NCBI GenBank assembly: GCA_902825995.1
Contig: CADEDE010000004.1
Span: forward strand, 3,977 to 67,976
DNA from: an uncultured Burkholderiales bacterium
GTDB lineage: Bacteria > Pseudomonadota > Gammaproteobacteria > Burkholderiales > Burkholderiaceae_C
DNA: 64,000 nucleotides
Direction: 5' to 3'
Shown here: piece after piece, positions 17,620 through 26,605 of the stretch
Position numbering within the stretch: the stretch's first letter is position 1
Layout of the letters: each line of letters begins with the position of its first letter
The notes under the pieces: model-generated
The model's input: only the letters and a program-made list of their open reading frames with translations
Databases searched by the model: none
What the model was told of the DNA's origin: nothing
Program-made: the position numbers and the translations under genes

Positions 17620-20549
17620 GCGATGCTGCGGACTTCGCCCGCGCCGTAGAGGTTGCTTGTACAACGCCCGCAAAGGGCCGGGTGCGCGGCGTCATGGCCG
17701 ACGTCGCTGCGCCAGTGCCAGCAGCGTTCGCACTTGGCGGCGGATGACGGTGTCACGGTGATGACCAGTGCAGCGCCGCACCGCAGCCTCGCCTGCGAAG
17801 TGATCAACACGAACTTCAGGTCTTCGCCCAGCGTGGCCAGCAGTTCATGGTCGGCCTCGTTCAGCGTCAGTGTGACTTCGGCTTGCAATGACGAACCGAC
17901 GCTGCCTTCGCTGCGCACCGCCTCGATGGCCTTGTTGACCTCGTCGCGGATGGTGCGGATGCGCTGCCACTTGGCGAGCAGCGCCGCATCGGGTGCGTCG
18001 AAACGCCAGAAAGTTTCGGTGAAGATCGACGGCGACTGGCCCGGCGCAAGCACCGGCCAGGCCTCCTCGGCCGTGAACGACAGGAACGGCGCCATCCAGC
18101 GCAGCATCGCGTGCGTGATCTGCCACAGCGCCGTCTGCGCCGAGCGGCGGGCGAGCGATTTCGGCGCGGTGGTGTAGAGGCGATCCTTCAGCACGTCGAG
18201 GTAGAACGCGCCCAAATCTTCGCTGCAAAAGAGCTGTAGCTTGGCGACCACCGGGTGGAACTCGAAGCGCTCGTAGTGGGCCAGCATTTCGGCCTGCAAC
18301 TCGGCCGCGCGCGACAGGGCCCAGCGGTCGATCTCGAGCATGTCAGCCACGGGCACGGCGTCGCGCCCGGCGTCGAAGTCGGCGATATTGGCGAGCAGGA
18401 AGCGCAGCGTATTGCGGATGCGCCGGTAGCTGTCGACCACCCGGGCCAGGATCTTCTTGTCGATCGGCGGGTCGCCGGCATAGTCGGTCGAGGCGCACCA
18501 CAGGCGCGCCACCTCGGCGCCCGGATCCTTGGCGAACTCGCGGATTTCGATGATGTTGCCGAGCGACTTGCTCATCTTGCGGCCCTGGCCATCGACCGTA
18601 AAACCGTGTGTGAGCAGGCCGCGATACGGTGCATGGCCTTCGAGCGCGCAGCCCAGCAGCAGGGCCGAATGAAACCAACCGCGGTGCTGGTCGTGGCCTT
18701 CGAGGTAGAGATCGGCTTCAGGGCCGGTTCGGTGGTGCCCGTCGGGATGCGAGCCGCGCAGCACGTGGAAGAAGGTCGAGCCGGAGTCGAACCAGACTTC
18801 GAGGATGTCGCTGCCTTTCGTATAGTCCGCAGCGTCTTTGGCACCGAGGATTTCTTCCGCAGTCACGCGACTCCAGGCCTCGACGCCGCCCCGCTCGACG
18901 ATATCCGCAGCACGGTCGAGTATGGCCATCGTGTCCGGATGCAGTTCGCCCGAATCCTTGTGCAGGAAGAAGGGCAGCGGCACACCCCAGCTGCGCTGGC
19001 GGCTGATGCACCAGTCGGGCCGGTTGGCGATCATGTCGCGCAGGCGGGCCTGGCCGTTGTCGGGGAAGAACGCGGTGGCGTCGATCGCCTCGAGCGCCAT
19101 TGCACGCAAGGTGCGCGGCGCCTTGTCCTTGGTGAAGACGCCCGCCGTTGACACATTTGCTTCGTCCATGCGGATGAACCACTGCGCGGCGGCGCGGTAG
19201 ATCACCGGCGTCTTGTGGCGCCAGCAATGCGGGTAGCTGTGGGTGATGGGCGAGGTGGCAAACAGGCGCCCGGCCTCGCGCAGCGCTTCGATGACGACCG
19301 GCACCGCCTTCCAGATATTCAGCCCGCCGAACAGCGGGAAGTCGGGTGCGTAGCTGCCGTGGCCCTGCACCGGGTTCAGGATTTGATCGACCTGCATGCC
19401 ATGCGCGGTGCATGAGTGGAAGTCATCCACGCCATAGGCCGGCGACGCATGCACGATGCCGGTGCCGTCGTCGGCGGTGGCGTAGTCGGCCAGATAGACC
19501 GGCGCGAGGCGGTCGTAGCCGGCGTCTATGTGCGCAAGGGGGTGGCGGAACAGGATGCCGCCGAGCTTCTCGCCCCGGGTCGTTGCGACCACATGGCCCT
19601 GCAGAGCGTAACGCCCGAGACATTTCTCGACCAGCGATGCCGCGAGCACGAGCTGCCCGCGCTCGGTGTGCACCAAGGCGTAGTCGAGTTCGGGATGGAG
19701 GTTGAGTGCCTGGTTGGCGGGAATCGTCCACGCGGTGGTGGTCCAGATCAGCGCAAAGGTTTCACCGACGATTTCAGGCAGACCGAAGGCTGCGGCCAGC
19801 TTGTCGGGCTCGGCGCACAAAAAGCCGACATCGAGCGTCTGCGATTTCTTGTCGGCATATTCGATCTCGAATTCGGCCAGCGACGAGCCGCAATCGAAGC
19901 ACCAATAGACCGGCTTCAGGCCGCGATAGACGAAGCCGCGCTCGATCACGCGCTTCAGGGCCCGCAACTCGCCGGCCTCGTTGGCGAAATCCATCGTGCG
20001 GTACGCATGCTCCCAATCGCCGAGCACGCCCAGGCGCTGGAAATCGGCCTTCTGCTGCGCGATTTGTTGGCTGGCGTAGGCCCGGCTCCTGGCCTGCATC
20101 TCGTCGCGGCTGAGCTTGCGGCCATGCGCCTTCTCGATCGCATTTTCGATCGGCAAGCCGTGGCAGTCCCAGCCCGGCACATAGCGCGCATCGAAGCCCG
20201 CCAGTTGCTTGGACTTGACGACCATGTCCTTCAGGATCTTGTTCACCGCGTGGCCGATGTGCAGCACGCCGTTGGCATACGGCGGGCCGTCGTGCAGGAC
20301 GAACAGCGGCGCACCGTGGCGCGCGTCGCGCAGCTTCTTGTACAGGCCTTGTTCGTTCCAATCCGCGATCCAGCCCGGCTCGCGCCTGGGCAAATCGCCG
20401 CGCATCGGAAACGGGGTGTCGGGCAGGTTCAGCGTAGCGCGGTAGTCGGGCCGGCAACTGCCGCCGGGCCGCCCCAAGGCCGTTGCGCTCCCCTCGGGGG
20501 ACGACGCCGTAGGCGTCCTGGGGCGGTCATTTGATTTCGGTTCGGACAT
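17616..20549 (-). CDS. ileS: Isoleucine--tRNA ligase
   Basis: 977 aa with HIGH ([11 protein letters not shown]), KMSKS ([10 protein letters not shown]) and a C-terminal zinc-finger pair (CERCWHW...CGRC). The N-terminus carries ~30 extra residues that include repeat copy B. Confidence 0.95.
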   Translation of the reverse strand: MSEPKSNDRPRTPTASSPEGSATALGRPGGSCRPDYRATLNLPDTPFPMRGDLPRREPGWIADWNEQGLYKKLRDARHGAPLFVLHDGPPYANGVLHIGHAVNKILKDMVVKSKQLAGFDARYVPGWDCHGLPIENAIEKAHGRKLSRDEMQARSRAYASQQIAQQKADFQRLGVLGDWEHAYRTMDFANEAGELRALKRVIERGFVYRGLKPVYWCFDCGSSLAEFEIEYADKKSQTLDVGFLCAEPDKLAAAFGLPEIVGETFALIWTTTAWTIPANQALNLHPELDYALVHTERGQLVLAASLVEKCLGRYALQGHVVATTRGEKLGGILFRHPLAHIDAGYDRLAPVYLADYATADDGTGIVHASPAYGVDDFHSCTAHGMQVDQILNPVQGHGSYAPDFPLFGGLNIWKAVPVVIEALREAGRLFATSPITHSYPHCWRHKTPVIYRAAAQWFIRMDEANVSTAGVFTKDKAPRTLRAMALEAIDATAFFPDNGQARLRDMIANRPDWCISRQRSWGVPLPFFLHKDSGELHPDTMAILDRAADIVERGGVEAWSRVTAEEILGAKDAADYTKGSDILEVWFDSGSTFFHVLRGSHPDGHHRTGPEADLYLEGHDQHRGWFHSALLLGCALEGHAPYRGLLTHGFTVDGQGRKMSKSLGNIIEIREFAKDPGAEVARLWCASTDYAGDPPIDKKILARVVDSYRRIRNTLRFLLANIADFDAGRDAVPVADMLEIDRWALSRAAELQAEMLAHYERFEFHPVVAKLQLFCSEDLGAFYLDVLKDRLYTTAPKSLARRSAQTALWQITHAMLRWMAPFLSFTAEEAWPVLAPGQSPSIFTETFWRFDAPDAALLAKWQRIRTIRDEVNKAIEAVRSEGSVGSSLQAEVTLTLNEADHELLATLGEDLKFVLITSQARLRCGAALVITVTPSSAAKCERCWHWRSDVGHDAAHPALCGRCTSNLYGAGEVRSIA
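20461..20529 (-). repeat. Family-1 element, copy B (inside the ileS 5' coding region)
   Basis: Minus-strand read: TGACCGCCCCAGGACGCCTACGGCGTCGTCCCCCGAGGGGAGCGCAACGGCCTTGGGGCGGCCCGGCGG. Translated as [23 protein letters not shown]. Confidence 0.85.
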
Positions 20550-20716
20550 GGTGCGGGTGCGGCGGGTGGCGTCTGGTGTTCGTGACGCCTGTTTCAGGCA
20601 CCGGCCTGATCGGGATCAAGCCAGTCGGTGGTTCGCGAGTGGAACCCGGCTAAATTCGATCCCGTGTGGTTTGCCGACACGTCGTCGTGCGCCAGCGCAG
20701 GAGATCGAGTCGAACC

Positions 20717-21547
20717 ATGCAAGCAACCATGCGGCAGATTCTACCGGTGGCCATCTGGATGCTGGCCGGGACGCCGTTGCCTGCGTGCGCGCAGGTGGAG
20801 GCTTCCCCGTCGCCGAGCGCGCGGCCGAACTTCGGAGGTGCGATCGGCCTGCAGTGGAGCAACGCGCCGCGGTACCAGGGCTCGAACTTGCGCGAAAACT
20901 CGTTGCAGCCGGGTATCTACCTGCGCTGGGGTCGTTTCTGGGTGGCCACGGCCGGCAATTTCGTGACCCGCCAGGACGGTGAGGTGCTGCGCGGTGTGGG
21001 TGCCGAACTGGTGCAGCGCGATGACCTGCGCGTGCGGCTCGGATTGCGCTTGGACCCCGGACGCAAGACCCGTGACAGCCCTGAACTCGCCGAACTCGAC
21101 GACATACGGCCGACGGTGCGCGCACGCCTGTCGGCGACCTGGCGTTTCAAGCCCGATTGGCAGTTGGGTACCGGATGGAGCACCGATGTGCTCGGCCGCC
21201 AGGGCGGGAGCCTGGTCGATCTGTCCATCTCGCACAGCATTCGCCTCAGCCAGCGCACGCATTGGTCGCTCGGCAGCAGCCTGTCCTGGGCCGACGAGCG
21301 CTACATGCTCGCCCGCTTCGGCATCAGCCCCGCGGCCGCTGCCCGCACGGGCCGGCCAGCCTATGAGCCAGGAGGCGGTTGGCGCGACGCCGCCCTGAAC
21401 ACGGAATTGCGCACCGACATCGATCGGCGCTGGTCAGTCTGGGCCGGTGCCAGCGTGAGTCGATTGCTTCGTCCGGCGCTGGCCAGTCCACTGACCCTGA
21501 AACCGACGCAAGTGGCGACCGGCGCAGGATTCGCCTGGCGATTCTGA
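20717..21547 (+). CDS. MipA/OmpV-family outer-membrane protein
   Basis: Signal peptide ending ACAQ, alternating beta-strand pattern and a terminal aromatic residue (FAWRF). Confidence 0.8.
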   Translation: MQATMRQILPVAIWMLAGTPLPACAQVEASPSPSARPNFGGAIGLQWSNAPRYQGSNLRENSLQPGIYLRWGRFWVATAGNFVTRQDGEVLRGVGAELVQRDDLRVRLGLRLDPGRKTRDSPELAELDDIRPTVRARLSATWRFKPDWQLGTGWSTDVLGRQGGSLVDLSISHSIRLSQRTHWSLGSSLSWADERYMLARFGISPAAAARTGRPAYEPGGGWRDAALNTELRTDIDRRWSVWAGASVSRLLRPALASPLTLKPTQVATGAGFAWRF

Positions 21548-21567
21548 TCCGACACGCCGGTGTGTCC

Positions 21568-22542
21568 TCAGGCGCGTCCCGGCTCGGCAAACCAGGCGCG
21601 CGCATCGGCACTGTCCTGCGCAATGCCTTCGCGCAAAGACGCCAAGCACGCGTAGATGCGCTCGTCGTGCAATTTGTGCAGCAGTTCGACCTTGACCACG
21701 TGACCGTAGGCACCATCGCGGCCGAGTTCGCCTGGCCAGTCCAGGCAATGCACCTCGAGCAGGATGCGCCCACTGGCATCGACCGTCGGCCGCCGGCCCA
21801 GGCTGGCGACGCCGGGCAAAGCTTGCGCAGCCAGGCCATGCGTGCGGGCCACAAAGATGCCCATCGCCGCGGGCGGATGGGGCAGGCGCAGGTTGAGGGT
21901 CGGGAAGCCCAGCTCGCGCCCGAGCCGGGCACCGTGCTGGACATGGCCGCTGATACTGTAGGGGCGGCCCAGCAGGGCCGCGGCGCGGACCATATCGCCG
22001 TTGGCCAAGGCCTCGCGCACGGTCGAACTCGATACGCGCTGACCATGCACTTCATAGCTTTGCATGCGCGCCACGTCGAAGCCGAGTGCGTCGCCGGCAG
22101 CGTCGAGCATGGCGTAGTCGCCGGCCCGCCTGGCGCCAAAGCGGAAGTCGTCGCCCACCAGCACGTAGCGCACGCCGAGGCCGCGCAGCAACACTTGCTC
22201 AATGAAGGCCTGCGGCGTCAACGCCGCCAAGCGTTCATCGAAGCGCAGCAGCACCGCCTGCTCGATACCGCAGCGTTCGAGTTCGGCGAACTTGTCGCGC
22301 AGCGTTGCGATGCGCGCCGGGGCGTCGGCAGAGCGACCCGCGGACCTGGCCCGGGCAGCGAAGAAATCGCGCGGATGCGGCTCGAAGGTCAGCACACAGG
22401 ATGGCAGGCCGCGGTGGCGGGCTTCGTTGATCAGCAAGGCCAGCATGGCCTGGTGGCCGCGGTGGACACCGTCGAAGCTGCCGATCGTGGCAGCGCAGGC
22501 CGGCGCCAGATCAGGATGGTGGAAACCGCGCAGGACTCGCAT
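21568..22542 (-). CDS. ribF: Bifunctional riboflavin kinase / FMN adenylyltransferase
   Basis: 324 aa (IGSFDGVHRGH, FEPHP, GFPTLNL, EVHCLD). ribF-ileS-lspA is conserved synteny. Confidence 0.93.
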   Translation of the reverse strand: MRVLRGFHHPDLAPACAATIGSFDGVHRGHQAMLALLINEARHRGLPSCVLTFEPHPRDFFAARARSAGRSADAPARIATLRDKFAELERCGIEQAVLLRFDERLAALTPQAFIEQVLLRGLGVRYVLVGDDFRFGARRAGDYAMLDAAGDALGFDVARMQSYEVHGQRVSSSTVREALANGDMVRAAALLGRPYSISGHVQHGARLGRELGFPTLNLRLPHPPAAMGIFVARTHGLAAQALPGVASLGRRPTVDASGRILLEVHCLDWPGELGRDGAYGHVVKVELLHKLHDERIYACLASLREGIAQDSADARAWFAEPGRA

Positions 22543-22600
22543 GAGCGCGATTATTGCGGCGCTGCCGGCGCCGCAGCGCTGAAACTCGCCGCTTCAGTCG

Positions 22601-22679
22601 GCGCTGGGCCGCTCCCGAGCCGACCGAGCGCCCCCTCGGGGGGGGCAGCCAGCCAAGCCAGCGTGGGGGCGGACATTCA
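22601..22679 (-). repeat. Family-1 element, copy C1 (intergenic hisA-ribF)
   Basis: Minus-strand read: TGAATGTCCGCCCCCACGCTGGCTTGGCTGGCTGCCCCCCCCGAGGGGGCGCTCGGTCGGCTCGGGAGCGGCCCAGCGC. The stem CCCGAG/CTCGGG is fully Watson-Crick. Confidence 0.8.
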
Positions 22680-22685
22680 GGCCAG

Positions 22686-22761
22686 CGCCGGGCCGCCCCA
22701 AGCGGCCTGAGTGCCCCCTCGGGGGGCAGCGAGCGCAGCGAGCGTGGGAGCGGATATTTCA
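22686..22761 (-). repeat. Family-1 element, copy C2 (its TGA is the hisA stop codon)
   Basis: Minus-strand read: TGAAATATCCGCTCCCACGCTCGCTGCGCTCGCTGCCCCCCGAGGGGGCACTCAGGCCGCTTGGGGCGGCCCGGCG. It lies 6 nt from copy C1. Confidence 0.85.
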
Positions 22762-23502
22762 GGCCTCGGCCAGTTGGTCGGCGCGCTGCTGGGCCGCCGC
22801 GAAATCGAGCGCGCCGGTGTAGATCGCACGTCCGCAGATCACGCCGTCAACGCCCTCGCCTTGGATCGCGCACAGGCGCTCGATATCGGCCATGCCGGCC
22901 AACCCGCCCGAGGCGATCACCGGGATCGTCAGCGCCTGCGCCAGCTTCAAGGTGGCCTCGATATTGATGCCGGTGAGCATGCCGTCGCGGCCGATATCGG
23001 TATAGATCACGCCTTCGACGCCGTAGTCCTCGAATTTCCTGGCCAGGTCGATGACCTCGTGCCCGGTGAGCTTGCTCCAGCCATCGGTGGCCACCTTGCC
23101 GTCCCTGGCGTCGAGGCCAACGATGATGTGGCCGCCGAAGGCGGTGCAGGCGTCGCGCAGAAAACCGGGGTTCTTGACCGCGGCGGTGCCGATGATGACG
23201 TAGCTCAAGCCGTCGTCGAGGTAGCGTTCGATGGTGTCGAGGTCGCGCAGACCGCCGCCGATCTGCACCGGAATTTGATCCCCCACCGCACGAACGATGG
23301 CCTTGACCGCCGACTCGTTGACCGGCTTGCCGGCAAAGGCGCCATTCAGATCCACCAGGTGCAGGCGCCGCGCACCGGCGGCGAGCCAGCGCCGCGCCAT
23401 CGCCGCGGGATCTTCGCCGAAGGTGGTGGCGGCTTTCATGTCGCCCTGTTCGAGGCGCACGCAGTGGCCGTCCTTGAGGTCGATCGCGGGTATCAGCAGC
23501 AT
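22759..23502 (-). CDS. hisA: ProFAR isomerase (1-(5-phosphoribosyl)-5-[(5-phosphoribosylamino)methylideneamino]imidazole-4-carboxamide isomerase)
   Basis: 247 aa ([30 protein letters not shown]). Confidence 0.95.
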   Translation of the reverse strand: MLLIPAIDLKDGHCVRLEQGDMKAATTFGEDPAAMARRWLAAGARRLHLVDLNGAFAGKPVNESAVKAIVRAVGDQIPVQIGGGLRDLDTIERYLDDGLSYVIIGTAAVKNPGFLRDACTAFGGHIIVGLDARDGKVATDGWSKLTGHEVIDLARKFEDYGVEGVIYTDIGRDGMLTGINIEATLKLAQALTIPVIASGGLAGMADIERLCAIQGEGVDGVICGRAIYTGALDFAAAQQRADQLAEA

Positions 23503-23527
23503 GGTGGGGAATGGGGGAGAGGAACGC

Positions 23528-24187
23528 TCAGGGCTTCCATTGCAGGAAGTTGCGGTACAGCGTCAGGCCGTCGGCGGCGCTCTTCTCCGGGTGGAACTGG
23601 GTGGCAAAAATGTTATCGCGTGCCATCGCCGAGGTAAAGGGCGCACCGTAGTCGGTGAGGCCGGCACTGTGGCGCGCCTCCGACGGCTCGGCGTAGTAGC
23701 TGTGGACAAAGTAGAACCAGGCGCCGTCGGGGATGCCGGCCCAGAGCGCGTGGCGATGTTGGCCGTGGCGCGCCTGGCGCACGCGGTTCCAGCCCATCTG
23801 CGGCACCTTGTAGCGGCTGCCGTCGGGTTGCAGCCGGCCATCGAGCAAAAATTTCCGCACGCGCCCGGCGATCAGGCCCAGGCAAGGCGTGTCCTGCTCC
23901 TCGCTGTGGTCAAGCAGCATCTGCATGCCCACGCAGACGCCAAAAAGCGGCTTGTTGGCGGCGGCGTGCAGCACGGCATCTTGCAGGCCCGATTCGCGCA
24001 ATTCACGCATGCAATCGCGAATGCCGCCCTGGCCGGGCAGCACCACGCGCTCGGCGGCCATGACATCCTGCGCACGCTGCGTGATCAAGACCTCGACGCC
24101 GCTGCCCGCGGCCACATGCAGCACCGCCTGCGACACCGAGCGCAGGTTGCCCATGCCGTAATCGACGACGGCAACGGTTCTCGACAT
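23528..24187 (-). CDS. hisH: Imidazole glycerol phosphate synthase, glutaminase subunit
   Basis: 219 aa class-I GATase (LPGQGG, GVCVGMQ, QFHPEKS). Confidence 0.95.
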   Translation of the reverse strand: MSRTVAVVDYGMGNLRSVSQAVLHVAAGSGVEVLITQRAQDVMAAERVVLPGQGGIRDCMRELRESGLQDAVLHAAANKPLFGVCVGMQMLLDHSEEQDTPCLGLIAGRVRKFLLDGRLQPDGSRYKVPQMGWNRVRQARHGQHRHALWAGIPDGAWFYFVHSYYAEPSEARHSAGLTDYGAPFTSAMARDNIFATQFHPEKSAADGLTLYRNFLQWKP

Positions 24188-24191
24188 GGCG

Positions 24192-24785
24192 CTACAAGGT
24201 TCCCTTGGTGGACGGAATCACACCCACGCTGCGCGCGTCGATCGCCAGCGCCATGCGCAGCGCGCGGCCGAAGGCCTTGAACACCGTCTCGCACTGGTGG
24301 TGGGCGTTGGCGCCCTTCAGGTTGTCGATATGCAGCGTGGCCAGGGCATGGTTGGCAAAACCTTGGAAGAATTCGTAGGTGAGCTGGGTATCGAAGCCGC
24401 CGACCATGCCGCTCTTGAACGGCACTTCCATGTGCAGGCCCGGCCGCCCCGAAAAATCGATCACCACGCGCGACAGGGCTTCATCCAGCGGCACATAGGC
24501 GTGGCCATAGCGCGTGAGGCCGGCCTTGTCGCCCACGGCCTTGGCAACGGCCAGGCCCAGCGTGATGCCCACGTCTTCCACCGTGTGGTGGCCATCGATG
24601 TGCAGATCGCCCTGGGCGTCGATCTCGATATCGATCAGGCCATGCCGCGCCACCTGATCCAGCATGTGGTCGAAAAAGCCGATGCCCGTGGCCAGCTTGG
24701 CGACGCCCGTTCCGTCGAGATTCACCCGCGCGCGGATCTGCGTTTCCTTGGTATTGCGCTGGACTTCGGCGATACGTTGGGTCAT
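24192..24785 (-). CDS. hisB: Imidazoleglycerol-phosphate dehydratase
   Basis: 197 aa ([23 protein letters not shown]). Confidence 0.95.
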   Translation of the reverse strand: MTQRIAEVQRNTKETQIRARVNLDGTGVAKLATGIGFFDHMLDQVARHGLIDIEIDAQGDLHIDGHHTVEDVGITLGLAVAKAVGDKAGLTRYGHAYVPLDEALSRVVIDFSGRPGLHMEVPFKSGMVGGFDTQLTYEFFQGFANHALATLHIDNLKGANAHHQCETVFKAFGRALRMALAIDARSVGVIPSTKGTL

Positions 24786-25862
24786 CTAGAGGCTCTCTTT
24801 CAGGGCATCGATCATCAGCGCATTTTCCTCGGGAGTGCCCACCGTCAGGCGCAGGCAGTTGGCCAGCAGCGGGTGCAGCGCCTCGACATTCTTCACCAGC
24901 ACGCCGCGCTGTTTCATGCCGGCGAAGGCGCGCTTGGCGTCGGGCACGCGCACGAGGATCATGTTGGCTTCGCTGGGATAGTGTTTTACGCCGGGCAGCG
25001 CCTGGAGCAGCGCTTGCAGGCGATCGCGCTCGCTGCGGATTACCGCCGCCTGGCGCGCGTACTCGTCGGCATGTTCGAGCGCGAACAGCGCCGCCTCGCA
25101 GTTCAGCACGCTGACGTTGAACGGCGGACGCAGCTTGTCGAGCTCGGCGATCAATTCGCGCCGGCCGATCAGGTAGCCGATACGCACGCCAGCCAGGCCG
25201 AATTTGCTCATCGTGCGCATCAGCAACACATGCGCGTGGCGTTGCAATCGCGCCAGCGAGTCGCGCGCGGCAAAGGGCTGGTAAGCCTCGTCCATCACCA
25301 CCAGGCCCGGCGCGGCCTCGATGATCGCGTCGATGGCCGCGTCGTCCCACAGATTGGCCGTGGGGTTGTTCGGATAGGCCAGATAGACGATCGCCGGGCG
25401 GTGCTCGCGCACGGCGGCCAGCATGGCGGGCAGGTCGAGCTCGAAATCCGGCGTCGTCGGCACACCGACGAATTTCAGGCCCTGCAATTGAGCCGCCATC
25501 GCATACATCACGAAGCCCGGCAGCGGCGCGAGCACCGTGGCGCCGGACACATCGCAGGCCAGCGCCAGCAGCGAAATCAGCTCGTCGGAGCCGTTGCCGA
25601 GCATGATTTCGTTGCCCTCGGGCATCCGCGCATGGCGGGCCAATGCGGCGCGCAAGACATCGCTGCGCTCGGCCGGGTAGCGGTTGAGCGCCACCTCGCC
25701 CAGGCGTTCGCCCAGGGCCTTGCGCAGCGGCGCCGGCAGCGCGAACGGGTTTTCCATCGTATCGAGCTTGACCATGCCCGCGCTGGGTTGCACGGCATAG
25801 GCGTGCATGGCCTGGACATCCTGGCGCAGCACGCGCGCCATGCGTTCGGCCAGCAGGCTCAT
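24786..25862 (-). CDS. hisC: Histidinol-phosphate aminotransferase
   Basis: 358 aa from ATG 25862 (MSLLAERMARVLRQDV) with MSKFGLAGVRIGY carrying the PLP lysine. The ATG overlaps the vapC TGA (ATGA). Confidence 0.93.
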   Translation of the reverse strand: MSLLAERMARVLRQDVQAMHAYAVQPSAGMVKLDTMENPFALPAPLRKALGERLGEVALNRYPAERSDVLRAALARHARMPEGNEIMLGNGSDELISLLALACDVSGATVLAPLPGFVMYAMAAQLQGLKFVGVPTTPDFELDLPAMLAAVREHRPAIVYLAYPNNPTANLWDDAAIDAIIEAAPGLVVMDEAYQPFAARDSLARLQRHAHVLLMRTMSKFGLAGVRIGYLIGRRELIAELDKLRPPFNVSVLNCEAALFALEHADEYARQAAVIRSERDRLQALLQALPGVKHYPSEANMILVRVPDAKRAFAGMKQRGVLVKNVEALHPLLANCLRLTVGTPEENALMIDALKESL

Positions 25863-26308
25863 TCCGAAAGCCCGATCTGCTGCGGCGTGGACTTGAAAGG
25901 GTTCACGATATCGACGCCGTCGATCTGCTGGCCGTGCTGCAGGTCTTCGCTGAGCAGGTGGCCGCAGCCCTGCTGCTGCGCGGCGGCAACGATCAGCGCA
26001 TCCCAATAGTTCAGATCGAAGCGGCTCTCGATGGCCCAGGCCGATTCCACCGTCGCGTGATCGATCGCCCACGGCTGCCAATGCTGGTAGCGGCGCACCT
26101 CGGCGCGTGCATCGCCGGCCGCGATCGCGTTGCTGAACTTCTTGCGCGCGTTGCTATAGAACTCGTTCAGAACCTGGGTGCTGATGCGCCCGCACTGGTG
26201 CTGCCAGCAATAGGCCACCCAGGCCCGTGCACCGGCTTGCTTGGCGGGCTCGCGCGGATCGAAGCAATACAGCAGCACATTGGTATCGACGAAGACCGTA
26301 CGGCTCAC
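25859..26308 (-). CDS. vapC: PIN-domain ribonuclease toxin (VapC-like)
   Basis: 149 aa with the acidic PIN quartet in context (FVDTNVLLY, VLNEF, YWDALIVAAA, LLSEDLQHG). The start overlaps the antitoxin stop by 4 nt. Confidence 0.85.
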   Translation of the reverse strand: MSRTVFVDTNVLLYCFDPREPAKQAGARAWVAYCWQHQCGRISTQVLNEFYSNARKKFSNAIAAGDARAEVRRYQHWQPWAIDHATVESAWAIESRFDLNYWDALIVAAAQQQGCGHLLSEDLQHGQQIDGVDIVNPFKSTPQQIGLSE

Positions 26309-26538
26309 CGCGCACCCCGCGTGTACATCTCGTCGCGCGTGAGGTAGCGCCCTTTGCTGGGCCCCCAGCTCTTGAACTCCAGGGCCTCGCGCATGGCGCG
26401 CTCGTAGGCATCGTTGCGGTGCATCTTTTCAGCCACCAGTTCGCCGACCAGGCGCGACACGCTGGTATTGCGCCGCGCGGCTTCCATGCGCGCCCAGTCG
26501 GCGGCGCCGTCTTCCATCGTGATAGTCACGTTTTTCAT
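26305..26538 (-). CDS. vapB: Antitoxin partner of VapC (ribbon-helix-helix-like)
   Basis: 77 aa. MKNVTITMEDGAADWARMEAARRNTSVSRLVGELV fits a beta-strand followed by helix-helix. It lies immediately upstream of, and overlapping, the PIN gene. Confidence 0.75.
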   Translation of the reverse strand: MKNVTITMEDGAADWARMEAARRNTSVSRLVGELVAEKMHRNDAYERAMREALEFKSWGPSKGRYLTRDEMYTRGAR

Positions 26539-26547
26539 GGCGCGTCT

Positions 26548-26605
26548 TTCGTGGCAATGTCACTGGTTTCGTGTTCCACTATTTTCGTGTTGCACGAACT
26601 TCGTG
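26548..26605 (-). promoter_or_regulatory. Candidate vapBC operator / internal promoter region
   Basis: The 67-bp, relatively AT-rich gap between the hisD stop and the vapB ATG holds four TTCGTG direct repeats (26548, 26568, 26584, 26600). The last forms the 13-bp palindrome CACGAACTTCGTG (26593-26605). Confidence 0.35.

Noticed and set aside
22601-22761. The two adjacent repeat copies considered as a minimal CRISPR-like array
   Set aside because: There are only two units 6 nt apart with no spacers. They belong to the dispersed family-1 element, and there are no cas genes in the window.
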